From: Saccostrea echinata
Lineage: Eukaryota
DNA: 64,000 nucleotides
Reading direction: 5' to 3'
Assembly: GCF_033153115.1 (NCBI RefSeq)
Contig: NW_026889805.1
Coordinates: forward strand, 5,332,001 to 5,396,000
Both the position numbers and the translations under genes were made by a program. Numbering within the stretch: the stretch's first letter is position 1; every line of letters begins with the position of its first letter. Shown here in pieces: positions 47,401-59,161 of this stretch. Below the pieces are notes generated by a model. It did not search any database, had not been told where the DNA came from, and saw only the letters and a list, made by a program, of their open reading frames with translations.

Positions 47401-47740
47401 CAAGAAGATAAAGATAATATGAAATTATGGCCAAAGACCTGAATTACATTCTTAATTTAGAGAGAGTTGAATTTGTAAGACAGAGGTTATTGCACTTCAC
47501 AAACACACTTACTTCTGTATTTTTTTTTTCAGCTGTGGAAGAAATAATGCTAGTCTATCTAGAGAAATAAAGCTTTCTTGTGTTGGAAGTTTAGTTAGTT
47601 CAGGACTTTCACCAATTTATATGGATCCAATTTTACAGAAAAGTCCAGACTTTCTACCTAGGAAAGTAAGGGTTAAGTTTACAGGTAATTGCTGGTTCCA
47701 GTCTTTCCTCCTAGAAAAGTCAGGGTTAAGTTAACAGGTA

Positions 47741-47947
47741 CTGTAAACCAACTATTATTCATGTCATCTTTTATTCGCGATTTGTCAGTTTGAAGTCATT
47801 CCTTGACGATTTATTTTCGTGACCGAAGAATTATTCTGTATAAATATAAAGCAAAATAAATGGTTTGCAGCGATTAATATTTGCAAGTTAAAGTAGGTCA
47901 CAAAACTTGCGGATATTTCTCGCACGCGAATAAAAGTTGGTTTACAA
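47741..47947. mobile_element. TA-flanked MITE (related elements at ~45672-45863 and ~51211-51416)
   Basis: ta|ctgtaaaccaact.ttattc ... gaataaaagttggtttaca.|ta. Confidence 0.7.
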
Positions 47948-48005
47948 TAATTGCTGGGATGTTTAAGGGGAATCATACATAGATTTTGCTCAATCTTAAG
48001 ATGAA

Positions 48006-49758
48006 CTAGATTTTGACCCGTGCGTGCACGGGTTGACATGGTTATGAATGCATCCATGTGCATATCGGACATTTACAAAATAGATACATCGACACATTCA
48101 TATTGTAAGGTATTTTTGAAATAAACAATGAATGTTAATATAATGCTGTTTTTTGTGTTTGTTTTGTTTTGTTTTTCTTTAAATTGTTGCGTTACGGCGT
48201 AGCGCAGAATGGGTTTGACCACCAGTTAGCTATAAATCAAGTCTTGAGTTCGAATCACGCCGGAGCTTACATAAATTTCACCTTTCCAAACAAATTTAAT
48301 AAAAGAAATTATGGATCGATGTTCATTGAAAATATGACAACAGCAAAGAGTTGAGCACACTGCTGATACATATCAAGCAAAGTAATGAAAATGAAGAATT
48401 GTGCTAAGCTGGTATTTTTACACAATCAGTTATTAAAGTAAAGGTGTAAAAATTTTTGTAACAATTTTAACACTGCAGGTCTCAACTTTTTCAAAATATG
48501 ACCTCAACAAATAAAGAGTTAAGCACTGCTAATACATATACTTTATATATACACAGGTAATAGACAGGTACATAATCTGTAAAAGACTGTCTGTTTTGAT
48601 AAAAATTAATGTAATATCCTTGAATTAGTACATAGAAAAAGTAATAAAAATAGAAGCTTAATTGAGAAAAAATAAAAACAAATTGGTAATCTTCAAGTAC
48701 CAATGATGTTTAAAATACATAAAACAAAAGACAGTATTCTTCCGATTTATCGGTATTAAAGGCCAATAATTCGAGTCTATAATTTTTATATAGTAGTTAT
48801 TTTAATTTTTGGCGGAAAAAGAATGCCTAATTCACTAAGATGTGATTCTAACTGGAGTTGTAACACCCCCCCCCCTTCAGTTCCCCTCAAAAAAGCATAA
48901 AAGAAAGGAGGGATGAAATAAATCGGGTAGTTACATTAATGTTGCTCCTACGATCATGAGCTTTTTGCCTCCGTTGAGATGGCCAGAGATGTAAATAACA
49001 TATAATAAATGTGTCTCCGAGACGGCGAATGATTACCCACGTGGCCACAATATCACATTTGTATGGATATAAACTCAGAAACGATTACGATAATACAAAC
49101 ATATAGACATCAGAAGCAAATTGAAAGTGGGGTGGCTATTTGAAAGTGGGGGGGGGGGGCTAAACCAACGAAAAAAGGTAAGCCCCAGTTTTCAATGCCT
49201 ATATTATGCCTATCTTTGCAAAAAAAGTGGGGGGAGGGAGGGCTAAGCCCCCCTAGCCCCCCCCCCCCCCGGTTCCGACGCCTATGACAAATACGTGTAA
49301 ATTTTCATTGGAAATTTGCTATATATTCTGTTCATATACATTAATGATTTCTTATTAGAGAAATTATACAATAACAAATATATATCTACTTAGTATATAC
49401 TTTTGTCTTCTCTGATTTGAACACACTGTCGACCAACGGCTCATACATTCGTGTATAAGAGAGAAACGAACGACAACTCTGCAAGGGAGATTGATTTGAA
49501 CAGCGTGATTTAGCATGAATGTAATGCGCACGCGAAAGATTGTAAAATCCAAAAAATCCAGATGATTTCCGGACTTTTTTGAGGAATTTTCGTTGATTAT
49601 TAATTAGCGAAGCTTAATTGAGAAAAAATAAAAACAAATTGGTAATCTTCAAGTACCAATGATGTTTAAAATATATCAAGTAAAAGACGGTACTCTTCCG
49701 ATTTATCGGTATTAAAGGCCAAAAATTCGAGTCTATTATTTTAATATAGTAGTATAGA
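48006..49758 (-). mobile_element. Non-autonomous Helitron
   Basis: Minus strand begins A|TCTATACTACTATA and ends with hairpin aacccgtgc-ac-gcacgggt + CTAG|T. The 5' ~140 bp is internally duplicated (48655-48797 vs 49609-49752). Confidence 0.85.
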
Positions 49759-50476
49759 TACATGTATAATTATAATTTTTCTCTGGAGAGAATTAGAAAG
49801 GAATAATTCATTCTGAATAATTTAAGACTTGCTATGTTTGGGTATATCTCTGACTACACAACTTTTGATCAGTTTGGCAATGTTTTAACTGGGGGGAAGT
49901 TGGGTGGGACTCTGCCTTATAGCTCCTTAATAATGCACACCCTCCTTGGAGTGGATTTTTCGTTTTACTGTTTAGAAATTAAATGTTTAAAAGTGTACAT
50001 TACTCAGGGAGCTTACAGTTTTCTTCTCTTTTTGATGAGAATATATATAAATTTTATGATCATTATAATTTTCTGATTGTGTTTATCATAAGATTTTTAT
50101 TTGACTTTATTTTCAGATAAACTTTTCTATGTATTTACATCAGGAACAACAGGTCTTCCTAAGGCAGCAATTATTAGTCATTCAAGGTAAAACTTATTAA
50201 ATAAAATTTGATAGTTAACATATAAAATCCAACCCTTGTTATTGAATAGACATTTGAAACAACAATAAGTACCATGTTGTGTCAACTACAATGCATATAA
50301 CTTGGAGAAATGAATAAAAATCAAAACTAAAGCTACCCAAAATTCTTAATGATTTTATACAGTTAGTGCATTGGCTTGATAATTATTCTGACTTTTCCTT
50401 AGTAAATAATTCTGCAGGTTTAAGGTTTTATTCAGCACCAAATTTTTATCAAGTGGATGTTTAAAGCATGTCTCTG

Positions 50477-50998
50477 GATTAGATGCAGAACTATGGCGAT
50501 ATGGTTCTATATTTTAGTCTTTGACAATAACGCTACAGATCCCGTAATGCAAATTTTGTGCAATTTACGGCACAAGATTTTTTCTGCGCACTTTGGGGAT
50601 GTATTTCACCACTTTTCAGCATTGGTCAATCAACTACTTTTCATTCCCTAATTCTAGACATATTTTATAACCAATATGTATATTTTATCCACCTCTTAAC
50701 CCTTTTTAGTCGCTTGTGAATTTTATGCCATCCAACAACAAATTCACAACAAGCAAGTTTATTGGTCTGTAGAGATGACTATAAAGGGTTAGGAGGTGGA
50801 TGAAATATACAGGGTGGTTATAGAGTATGTCTAGAATTAGGGAATGAAAGGTCATTGATTGACCAATGCTGAAGAGTGGGGAAATACATCCTCAAAGTGC
50901 GCAAAAATCTTGGGCCATAAATTGCATGATCTTTGCATTATGGAAATTGTAGTGTTATGGTCAATTTTAAACCATTATGCTACAGTTCTGCAGCTAGT
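50477..50998. repeat. ~520-bp foldback inverted repeat in an FATP intron
   Basis: Arms of ~235 bp, e.g. ttcattccctaattctagacata / tatgtctagaattagggaatgaa and gcgcactttg.ggatgtatttc / gaaatacatcc.caaagtgcgc. Confidence 0.88.
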
Positions 50999-52536
50999 CT
51001 CTGGCAAATTAGACATCTGAGAGTTTCAAATTTGCTGTTAAATAATCCATAACATAAAAATATAATGAAACATTTCAAGGAGAGTCAGGTAGACATTGTA
51101 TTTTTTTAAATAAAAAATTAATAAGAAATATGGAAACATACTTTTATTGATATTTTTTCAATGGGTGGATGAAATCTTCAGAAAATATTTTAGTATACAG
51201 AAAAGAAATACTGTAGAATCACATATTTTCTGGGGTCAAATTTTCATGGTTTGAGGAAAAACTATGGGTTTGTGAGGATTTGATTTTGTAGATGAAGAAT
51301 TGTTGAGTAGTAATATGTGTACAAAAATGCATTTTGTGGTGGTCATAAATTTGTGGTCTCTTCATACCTCGAAAACAATGAAAATTTAACCCCCACAAAA
51401 ATTAGTGATATCACAGTATTAGGTAATCATATTTAAAAAGAAATTGAAATGAAATTGCAGAAAAATTGCTAATTTTTCAAATCTGCACCAATCCCAATTT
51501 AAATAAGCCAGATCCTGATAAGAATGAATTCAAAATAAAAAAGTTAACAAATTACTGTCAATTTGATGCAATTGCTGGGAGAAAAATCAACTTGCTTAAT
51601 TTCCACTTCATATAATTCCAATCGAGATCAATTTAATTCAAATTGGGATAGGTTCAAATTTAATGGACATTTATGGTTTATGCATTAACAGCAAATTTAA
51701 AGCTCTTCAAGTGTCTTACTTACACTGAAAAAAATTCCATTTTCTGCAACAAAAAAAAAAATGCAAAAAAATTATAAAAAAAATAATTGAGAGCATATAT
51801 TGGTCTTTCGGTGATGAAATCATATTTTTAAACATGCAGCAAAACGTTTGGTGTGGCTCACCTCCTTAAGAAGTCAAACTTTAAGAACTATCAATTATTT
51901 CTGAACTTTTATCAGATTTGTCAAATCTTTTACAGATTTAATTACATTGCTGTAGCAGTGAACCAGTTTATGAACTTGACTGACCAGGATGTGCTATATG
52001 ATTGTCTGCCCTTGTATCACACTGCAGGGGGCGTGGTCGGGGTGGGTCAGATGATCATAGCAGGAACAACACTAGTTATCAAAAGGAAATTCTCTGCCAG
52101 CCGATTCTGGGATGATTGTGTGGAATATAAATGTACTGTAAGTAATGAAGATACCTAAGACAACAACTAGAATTGTAAATTTAATTGTTAGACTAGTTGT
52201 TTGAAGTTGTTACAATTATTATCTGCTGGGCAGGCAGGACAATACATTGGGGAGATTTGTCGATACCTCTTGGCTCAGCCTGTCAAGCCTGTGGAGACTC
52301 AACACAAGGTCAGGGTGATGTTTGGAAATGGTTTAAAGCCACAGATCTGGCAGGAGTTCCAGAAAAGATTTGGGGTGACCCAGATGGGAGAATTTTATGG
52401 GGCCACAGAAGGAAACTGCAATACAAGTGAGTGCCATGTTAGAGAATATCATCCAAAATGAACATCTAAGTTATCATTACTTGGCAAGTTATATTTATGT
52501 TAATTAAAAATGTGAAACATTATATTTATACCAAAG

Positions 52537-53210
52537 CTATTTTGACAATGGGTTTAGATTTAGACAATTCTGATATCTGATCCTTGGTAATAGGCTCTTT
52601 TTTCTGGACAACACGACTAGCTTTCCGTCTTGCGCTTCTTGTAGAGATGTAACGTAGGAATTCTTCGTTGGGTCTGGTAAACCTGCACATTCGTGAGCCC
52701 ACTTAATCGCATACACGGCAACGTTCACAGGGTGTTGAGATGATCCGTTCTGTAACAAATGCGTCAGGTATAATGCCTCATGCATGGGACTTGCCGGTAA
52801 CGCACTATGTACTTGAACTTCAATGAAATTTTTCCATCTCTTAAAAGCGTTAAAATAGGATTTATTAGTGTTATCGCTTTTACTTGACAAAATCCAGCTG
52901 CTTAAATATGGACACAGATCAGCCAATTAATTTCCAGGTTCAACGCCATGTTTTCTGCATTTCTTTTAATGCTGTCATGGAGTCCTATTCCTGTAAAAAT
53001 ATGTCATCTATATCAAAATTTTATTTTCAGAAAAATCATGTTAAATAAAAGACCTTTTTTTCCCAAATATTCCATTATTTCCTCTTCCCCTGCAAATTGC
53101 ATGAACATTTTGTATTTTCGAAAAAATTTTAACATAATGTTTGAAATTTCCCTCCTTATCAATCAACATTGGCCAAAACGGAGCGGATTTCCACTCCGGA
53201 ATTACCAAAT
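52537..53210 (-). mobile_element. Internal remnant of a DIRS/Ngaro-type element (end of pol ORF plus N-terminus of the tyrosine recombinase)
   Basis: LVIPEWKSAPFWPML at ~53165-53207, then SKSDNTNKSYFNAFKRWKNF..LPASP..ALYLTHL..AIKWAH..GLPDPT, which resembles the YR core-binding domain. Confidence 0.8.
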
Positions 53211-53657
53211 CTGAATGATGGTAAGATGTTTGACTAAGTTAATAAGGAATATACTGGCAAAAATATTTTTGCGGGGGAGGTGCCCCCCTTCCGTTCCCCA
53301 GGTTTCTACGGGCCTGAGAGCGCAGTTGGTGTCTATATAAATCTAGTGCATTCTGAGTTCAACAATATTGGCATTTTACAGGGATTTTAAAGAAAGATAT
53401 GTATAATATACTAGTAATTTACAAGTATAATTCTTTAAAAAAAAAAATGTAAAAATATTAAAAAAAAATATAGATATTTTTATTTGAACAATAAAATGTG
53501 TTACAGTATTAGAATCAATATTGCAGCCGTTACAGATAAAATACATAACCCGCGTAAGCTGGTAATGTAAATTTTTTTCTGCAATAGCTGCAACGTTAGT
53601 TCCCGTAGAGAGAGAGAGAGAGAGATTTCTTTTTGAAATAAAGTATATTTTGAACAG

Positions 53658-55265
53658 TTAGCATTCGGCGTGTACTATCCAGATGGTACAACGACAAAAG
53701 AGGAGCACGATCTTTTGGGAAAATCCATCCACACTATTACATCATATGACGCAGACAACAGTTCACATATATCGGACTACCTCACAATGGACCATGGATG
53801 GGTGTGTGAGAACATCGTACCTCTTTCTTTAATATTTATTATCATTTATAAACCTATAAAAGATTTAATATTTGTCTTTAAAATATGTTTTACAGAATAC
53901 ATTTGGATTAGTGTCACAAGGCAACAACAAAGACACGTGTTATGTTGGGAAATTACAAGCTGATCTCATGAAATCATTTGAGGAGATGGTGAAGAAGACA
54001 AGATTCTTCCACGTAAGTCTTCAAAGAAGTTCTCCTCAAAGGTATGACATAGAAGTATCATTAGATTTAATTGTAGAGTTGTTTTTTCTTCTTTATAGAT
54101 TCCATTTATTGAGGCAAACTCAAATAAGTTCGCATATACAGAAGTCCAACAGATAGACTACAACCGGGCTGTTTACGAAGTCGGGGGCTTTGTCTCGGAT
54201 TCGTGTGGAAACAGAGCCAGTATATTCCTTGTAGAAAGACCCCGTCATGGACGTGAGTTTTACTCAATAATCCCTTCTTAAAAGTTAAAGAAAATGTGAA
54301 AATGTGGAGATGTGGCAGCTGGATTTGAATTTTAAACAAACATGCTATGATAACAAATATGTCAATTTTTTCGATATTAAAATCAAAACACAAAGGTTGT
54401 ACTTATACTGGTAACTCTCTCTAAATCAAAGAATGGTAAATACGATTGATAGGGAACATACACAGAGTCATAAGAAGATAAAATTCACAGAAGTTTCCTG
54501 GTTATTTCTCACCTTGAAGTTTTCTTAATCAATTTTCACACACAAGATATATACATAAGATACGATGCTGGATAAAATATGCACATTGTAAATAGACTGT
54601 AAATTGAGCGTAAGCGTAAACCCTCTGTTTTGATGCAAAAGTATTCTAAATCAATAAAATGTAAAAACATTTCTAAATCCACCAAAAACCATTTTATTTT
54701 GAAACAGGAGCTGTAGGTGTTTATTTGATGGTAAACTATTGAATTGTTCTGGATGTCACTCAGTAAGGGGAGCGGGAAGGGCGCTTAACCAATACCTTGT
54801 TTTCTCGCAGCATGAACAAACATTCCTCAACACATTATCTACACAATTACATTAGTAAATAAATTTGAAATGGGAGATAAGTAGTAAGTACCTTTTTGAG
54901 ATATTTGCTATTTTCAGGGTTAATACTTTGTTTTCTCGCAACATGACAAACATTCCTCAACACATTATCTACACAATTACAATAGAAAATAAATTTGAAA
55001 TGGGAGATAGGAAATAAGTACCTTTTTGAGATATTTGTTATTTTCAGGGTTCAAGGCCGGCAGAAAGTTCATTCCTCCCACTGCCTGTTCATTCGGTCCT
55101 CCTCAGCAGCGTATGAACAACGGATTGTTGAAGTGTAGCATGGAAACTTGTCGTGGAAATTACAGTTGCAATACAAAATACAACATATGTTGCCAAAAAA
55201 GTAGGTCTTCAATAATAAAAGTTTTAGCATTTTTAAGACAGATGTTACAGGCTTTGCTGTTGTAA
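53658..55265 (+). pseudogene. Orphan duplicate of the BRICHOS + Cys-module exons (53658-53801, 53896-54012, 54099-54252, 55048-55265); lacks the giant exon and promoter
   Basis: Near-identical to 25993-27466, with frames still open and splice sites retained. Confidence 0.75.
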
Positions 55266-58200
55266 GATATATCTTTTATGTTCATTGTCCCCTGATTTCC
55301 TGAAAAATATCATTTGTCTGTCTGTCCGCTTGTGCAGTCTTTCTTTCACAAAAAACTTTAACATTGGACTTAACTTTTGAATGAGAAAAGGTATGGCTTT
55401 CATATTTAACATATGAATTACCTGTGATAAGAATGTACTATGATTTATAACCTCATGACCTTGACCTTGTAGTTTGCAACGTTTTAACCTTGATAATAAC
55501 TTTCGTATGAGAGAAGACAGGTCTTTCATATTTCACATTACCTGTTCATGGATTACCTGTTACCAGAACATACAACGACTTTTTTTTCTCATAATTTTGA
55601 CCTATACTATATACGGTAAAAGTATACTAAAAAAATCTGATTATTATGGGGGGCATGATAATCAGATTTGTTTGAGTGTCTCTTGAATTGTACACAATTG
55701 TATAGATGAAAGTATGACGTAACAAATTATAGAATTGATTAGAAACAAATGATTGACATTTTTTGTCTCTATGGCGTCAAAAGCTATTGGGATTTCCTTT
55801 TATTTTATAAAAAAGGGCAAAATGCACAAATTTTATTCAATTTGGATTATAGTAAATATAGACCGAATTTGCTCAGGTGCTATATTCACATATTTCCTTG
55901 ATATTATCACTCTATATCATTCTTACATCAAGAAGATCAAAAGATCAAGTCTATGCAGACTGCGCGATGTTTTTCAATCAAAATTTTGACGTAATACTAG
56001 TTTCAAAATGATTGAAATTTAGAGTACACTTCGTTGTCATGACTTCATAATTTACGATGTCATGATAACAAAAAAATCTATCACTAGTTTACTCCTTTAT
56101 ACAGTGGATATAGCTCATATGATATCGTTTTCAGGAGTTGTGACGGCACGTTTTTCCCCTCCTTAAAATGAAGTGGATTCACATATAAAACCGTGTAAAA
56201 CATAAGGCTATGTGTAAAACATGTAACAACTCTATTGTTTGAGTATAATTTTATCCAACTCATTGTGTGTTTTTTATCCCAAATCCTTGGTGAGGGGATA
56301 AAACACACAACTCGTTATATAAAAGTCATATCCAACCATAACCATGGGGGTTCCTACTTCCTATATTTATTGCATTGAAGCATGCAATTTTTCCCTGGTT
56401 TAGAATTTATTTAAAGATTTCTACATCAAAGATTAATTTGGGGAGCTGGTATTGGACATTACACGATAATATAGTTCTTTCAACCTTGGCTGTAGCTTCT
56501 GAATGAGGGGAGATAAGGCTATATTTCATATGTGCATCATTTACCTGTAACAAGACCTTTCTTAGGGTATTATGATTTTTGACTGCAAGGCATTATCCTT
56601 GAATTTTGACCTGCTTAAAAAAACCTTGACCTTAGCTTTTGCACCGAAAGAAACAGGTCTTCATGTGCATTACCTTTGACAAGACCTTTTTAAATATACT
56701 ATGGCATCATGGGCTAGTCCGATCGAAGTTTAACTTTCAGAAACTTGAACCATCGCGGTAAGCCTCAGAATCCTCACATCAGAGGCCTCGAGACCACTAG
56801 TGGGCGTGGAACCCCTGACAAATTTCTTCCGGGTCAGCTTCTCTCATTGAGAAGCACCAATCAAAGTGGAGCTTTCATAAGTTTACATGAAATGTAAACA
56901 GAAAGGAAGCAGTTGACACCTCAAAAGACTTAATTTGATTGGCCGAGAGACAAGAAAACAATGTAATTTCCCGAAAGACGTCGCTGCGATCATCCTTAAA
57001 AAAATAATGAAGCTTGTCAGGGGTCCCTCGGCCACTGTTGGACTTGAGATCCCTGACGTTTTGTGGATGCACTATAAATTTGCACTAGAACATATAACAT
57101 GTACTTCAAAAATATATAACTTTCTTATAGTATGATGGACAGACAAGGCATTTACAATATGCAATTTAATGTTGCACCCCAACCGATCAAATTGTTGAAA
57201 TACGATTTGTACCTTTTCATATATCTCGATCACGTCGCCAGTGTGGCACAGAGGTAAGAGCATTTGTTCTAGGATCGCAGAGTAAGTTGATCCTTGCCTT
57301 GCGGTTTCGAATCCACCTTATGACGTGGAGGCCAGTCCTTCAGATGAGACCGTATAAACCGAGGTCCCGGAAGGTGCTGGCACAAAAAAAAACCTCTGCT
57401 TAAAAGGTGTAAGTGTCGCATGCAGGTCTTAATCTGCAGCCCTCCACTGGCAAGGACTGCAAATTTAATTTCTATATGAGTGAAAAATTCTCGAAGGGAT
57501 GTAAAATAGCAAACAAACAAATATCTCGACCACAGGAGCTTATTTTTTATAAATCATTTTACTAGCATGTATACTGCAATGTGTTCAAAATAAAAAAAAA
57601 AAATATTAAGAATATTGAAAAATATTATTCTTAAAAATTCTTATGTTTGCAATACTATAACAAATCTTTTGGTACAAAAGTGATTTACACTTATCTTTCA
57701 CAAAACTTGGAACTGGGAATTTTTGAAATTCTTTGAAATCGCTTCATCTACATTCAATAAAATCTGGTACACAAGTAAACGAAAATTAGATTTGTTTAAT
57801 TATTATTAACGTGCTTTAAACATTCTTTCCAACGTATATTGTTCTATGAAAATTCTCGGCCGTAGCTCAGTCATGCCCAAGCCCCGGCCGCGACAGTCAT
57901 AAGTCGATTAAAAAAAATAGGTAGTAACTGTTCCTTCGCCAAGCGCTCGGCACTTTGAAATGAAAGTTGCAAGTCTTTCGGATTAGACCTTAAAAAACCG
58001 AGTCCCGTGTTACAGTAGGTGTTATAACGATAAAGATCCCTTACTGCTCAATGGTCCGAAGTGCCGAGTAATGATCTAAATTTGATACCCTTCACCGGTA
58101 TATGATGATGTCTTAATCTGAATGAAAAATTATTGCATGGGAAGTAAAACATCTTATGCGGTAGTAAGGTGTATGTCTGTCTGTAAACATTTTTTTTCAA

Positions 58201-59161
58201 AATACCATTCCTCCTACAGTTTTTCCAATTTAAATATAACTTGGAACACAAGTAGACTACATAATTCTGTGTATCGGTTTTTGATTTCAGTGAACGGTGT
58301 TGCCAAGGTTACTAAAAATAGAATTTTCTCTGAAATTCTTTCAAAAGCTACTTCTCCTACTGCAGTTTTAGTCGGATTTCAGTCTACCTTGGTACATACG
58401 TAGACTACAAAAAGATACATAATTCTATACATTGGTTTTGATTTCACTGAATGGTGTTGTCATGGTTACTAAAAATAGAATTTTCTCTGAAATTCTTTCA
58501 AAACGCTACTTCTCCTACTACAGTTTTTGTCCAATTGCAATTAAAATTGACTCAGAAAGAGACTAAACCAAGGATCATTATTTTATTTATTGCTGTTGTT
58601 GTAGTTCAAGTCCAAGTTCTACTTTTTTATTTAGTAAAAACCAGTAGAGCTACATTCTCGTCAGAGACTTCTGGTTTTAATATTCATATCTTACTTTTAA
58701 GTATGAAGAGATAAAATTGTCTTTTTTTCAGGGCCAAGCAATACAAGATGTCGGAAAATGTCTATTGGAAGGTTTTGTGTTATTCATGCGCCACAGTACG
58801 GTTATTACCCAGGATGAGAAATTTCGATTGAAATTACACGAGTACTATATCCATAAGCCGAGGCATGAAGCAGTCATTGACAACTGATAACGAGAAAAGT
58901 CCCCATGTAACCTGTCTTTGTATGCAGTGCTTGTTTTTTGGTGCCAAATTCTGAGAGAATTTCTTCAAATTTTTTTTAATGCTATTTGAAATAAAATTGT
59001 CCAACATATTTAAGATATTATAGACTTTTAATGATCAACTATTTCCTCTGATTTTTCTGTATTTTCAAATCTTGGTGAAAAGGGGATTTGTTCACTCTTA
59101 GAATTAAGATGCGATTTTGACAATTCTTATGAATTATTACAACATTCTCAACTACCAGGTA

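Larger units (their letters stand above)
46953..52426 (+). pseudogene. SLC27A: SLC27/FATP long-chain fatty acid transport protein (acyl-CoA ligase), 3'-truncated and frameshifted. Exons 46953-47342, 47533-47684, 50117-50186, 51936-52137, 52234-52426
   Basis: [74 protein letters not shown]. Extra T at 47072-47077 (gives TGA), 1-nt loss near 47550, and no downstream exons before the duplication junction. Confidence 0.88.

Noticed and set aside
47070-47560. Programmed or compensating frameshifts in FATP
   Set aside because: The +1 shift meets TGA immediately and the gene is also truncated; decay, or a homopolymer sequencing error for the first shift, is simpler.
48195-48268. tRNA-like sequence (ggcgtagcgcag..gagttcgaatc)
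   Set aside because: Only A/B-box remnants are present, with no coherent cloverleaf, and it lies inside a Helitron; probably SINE-derived.
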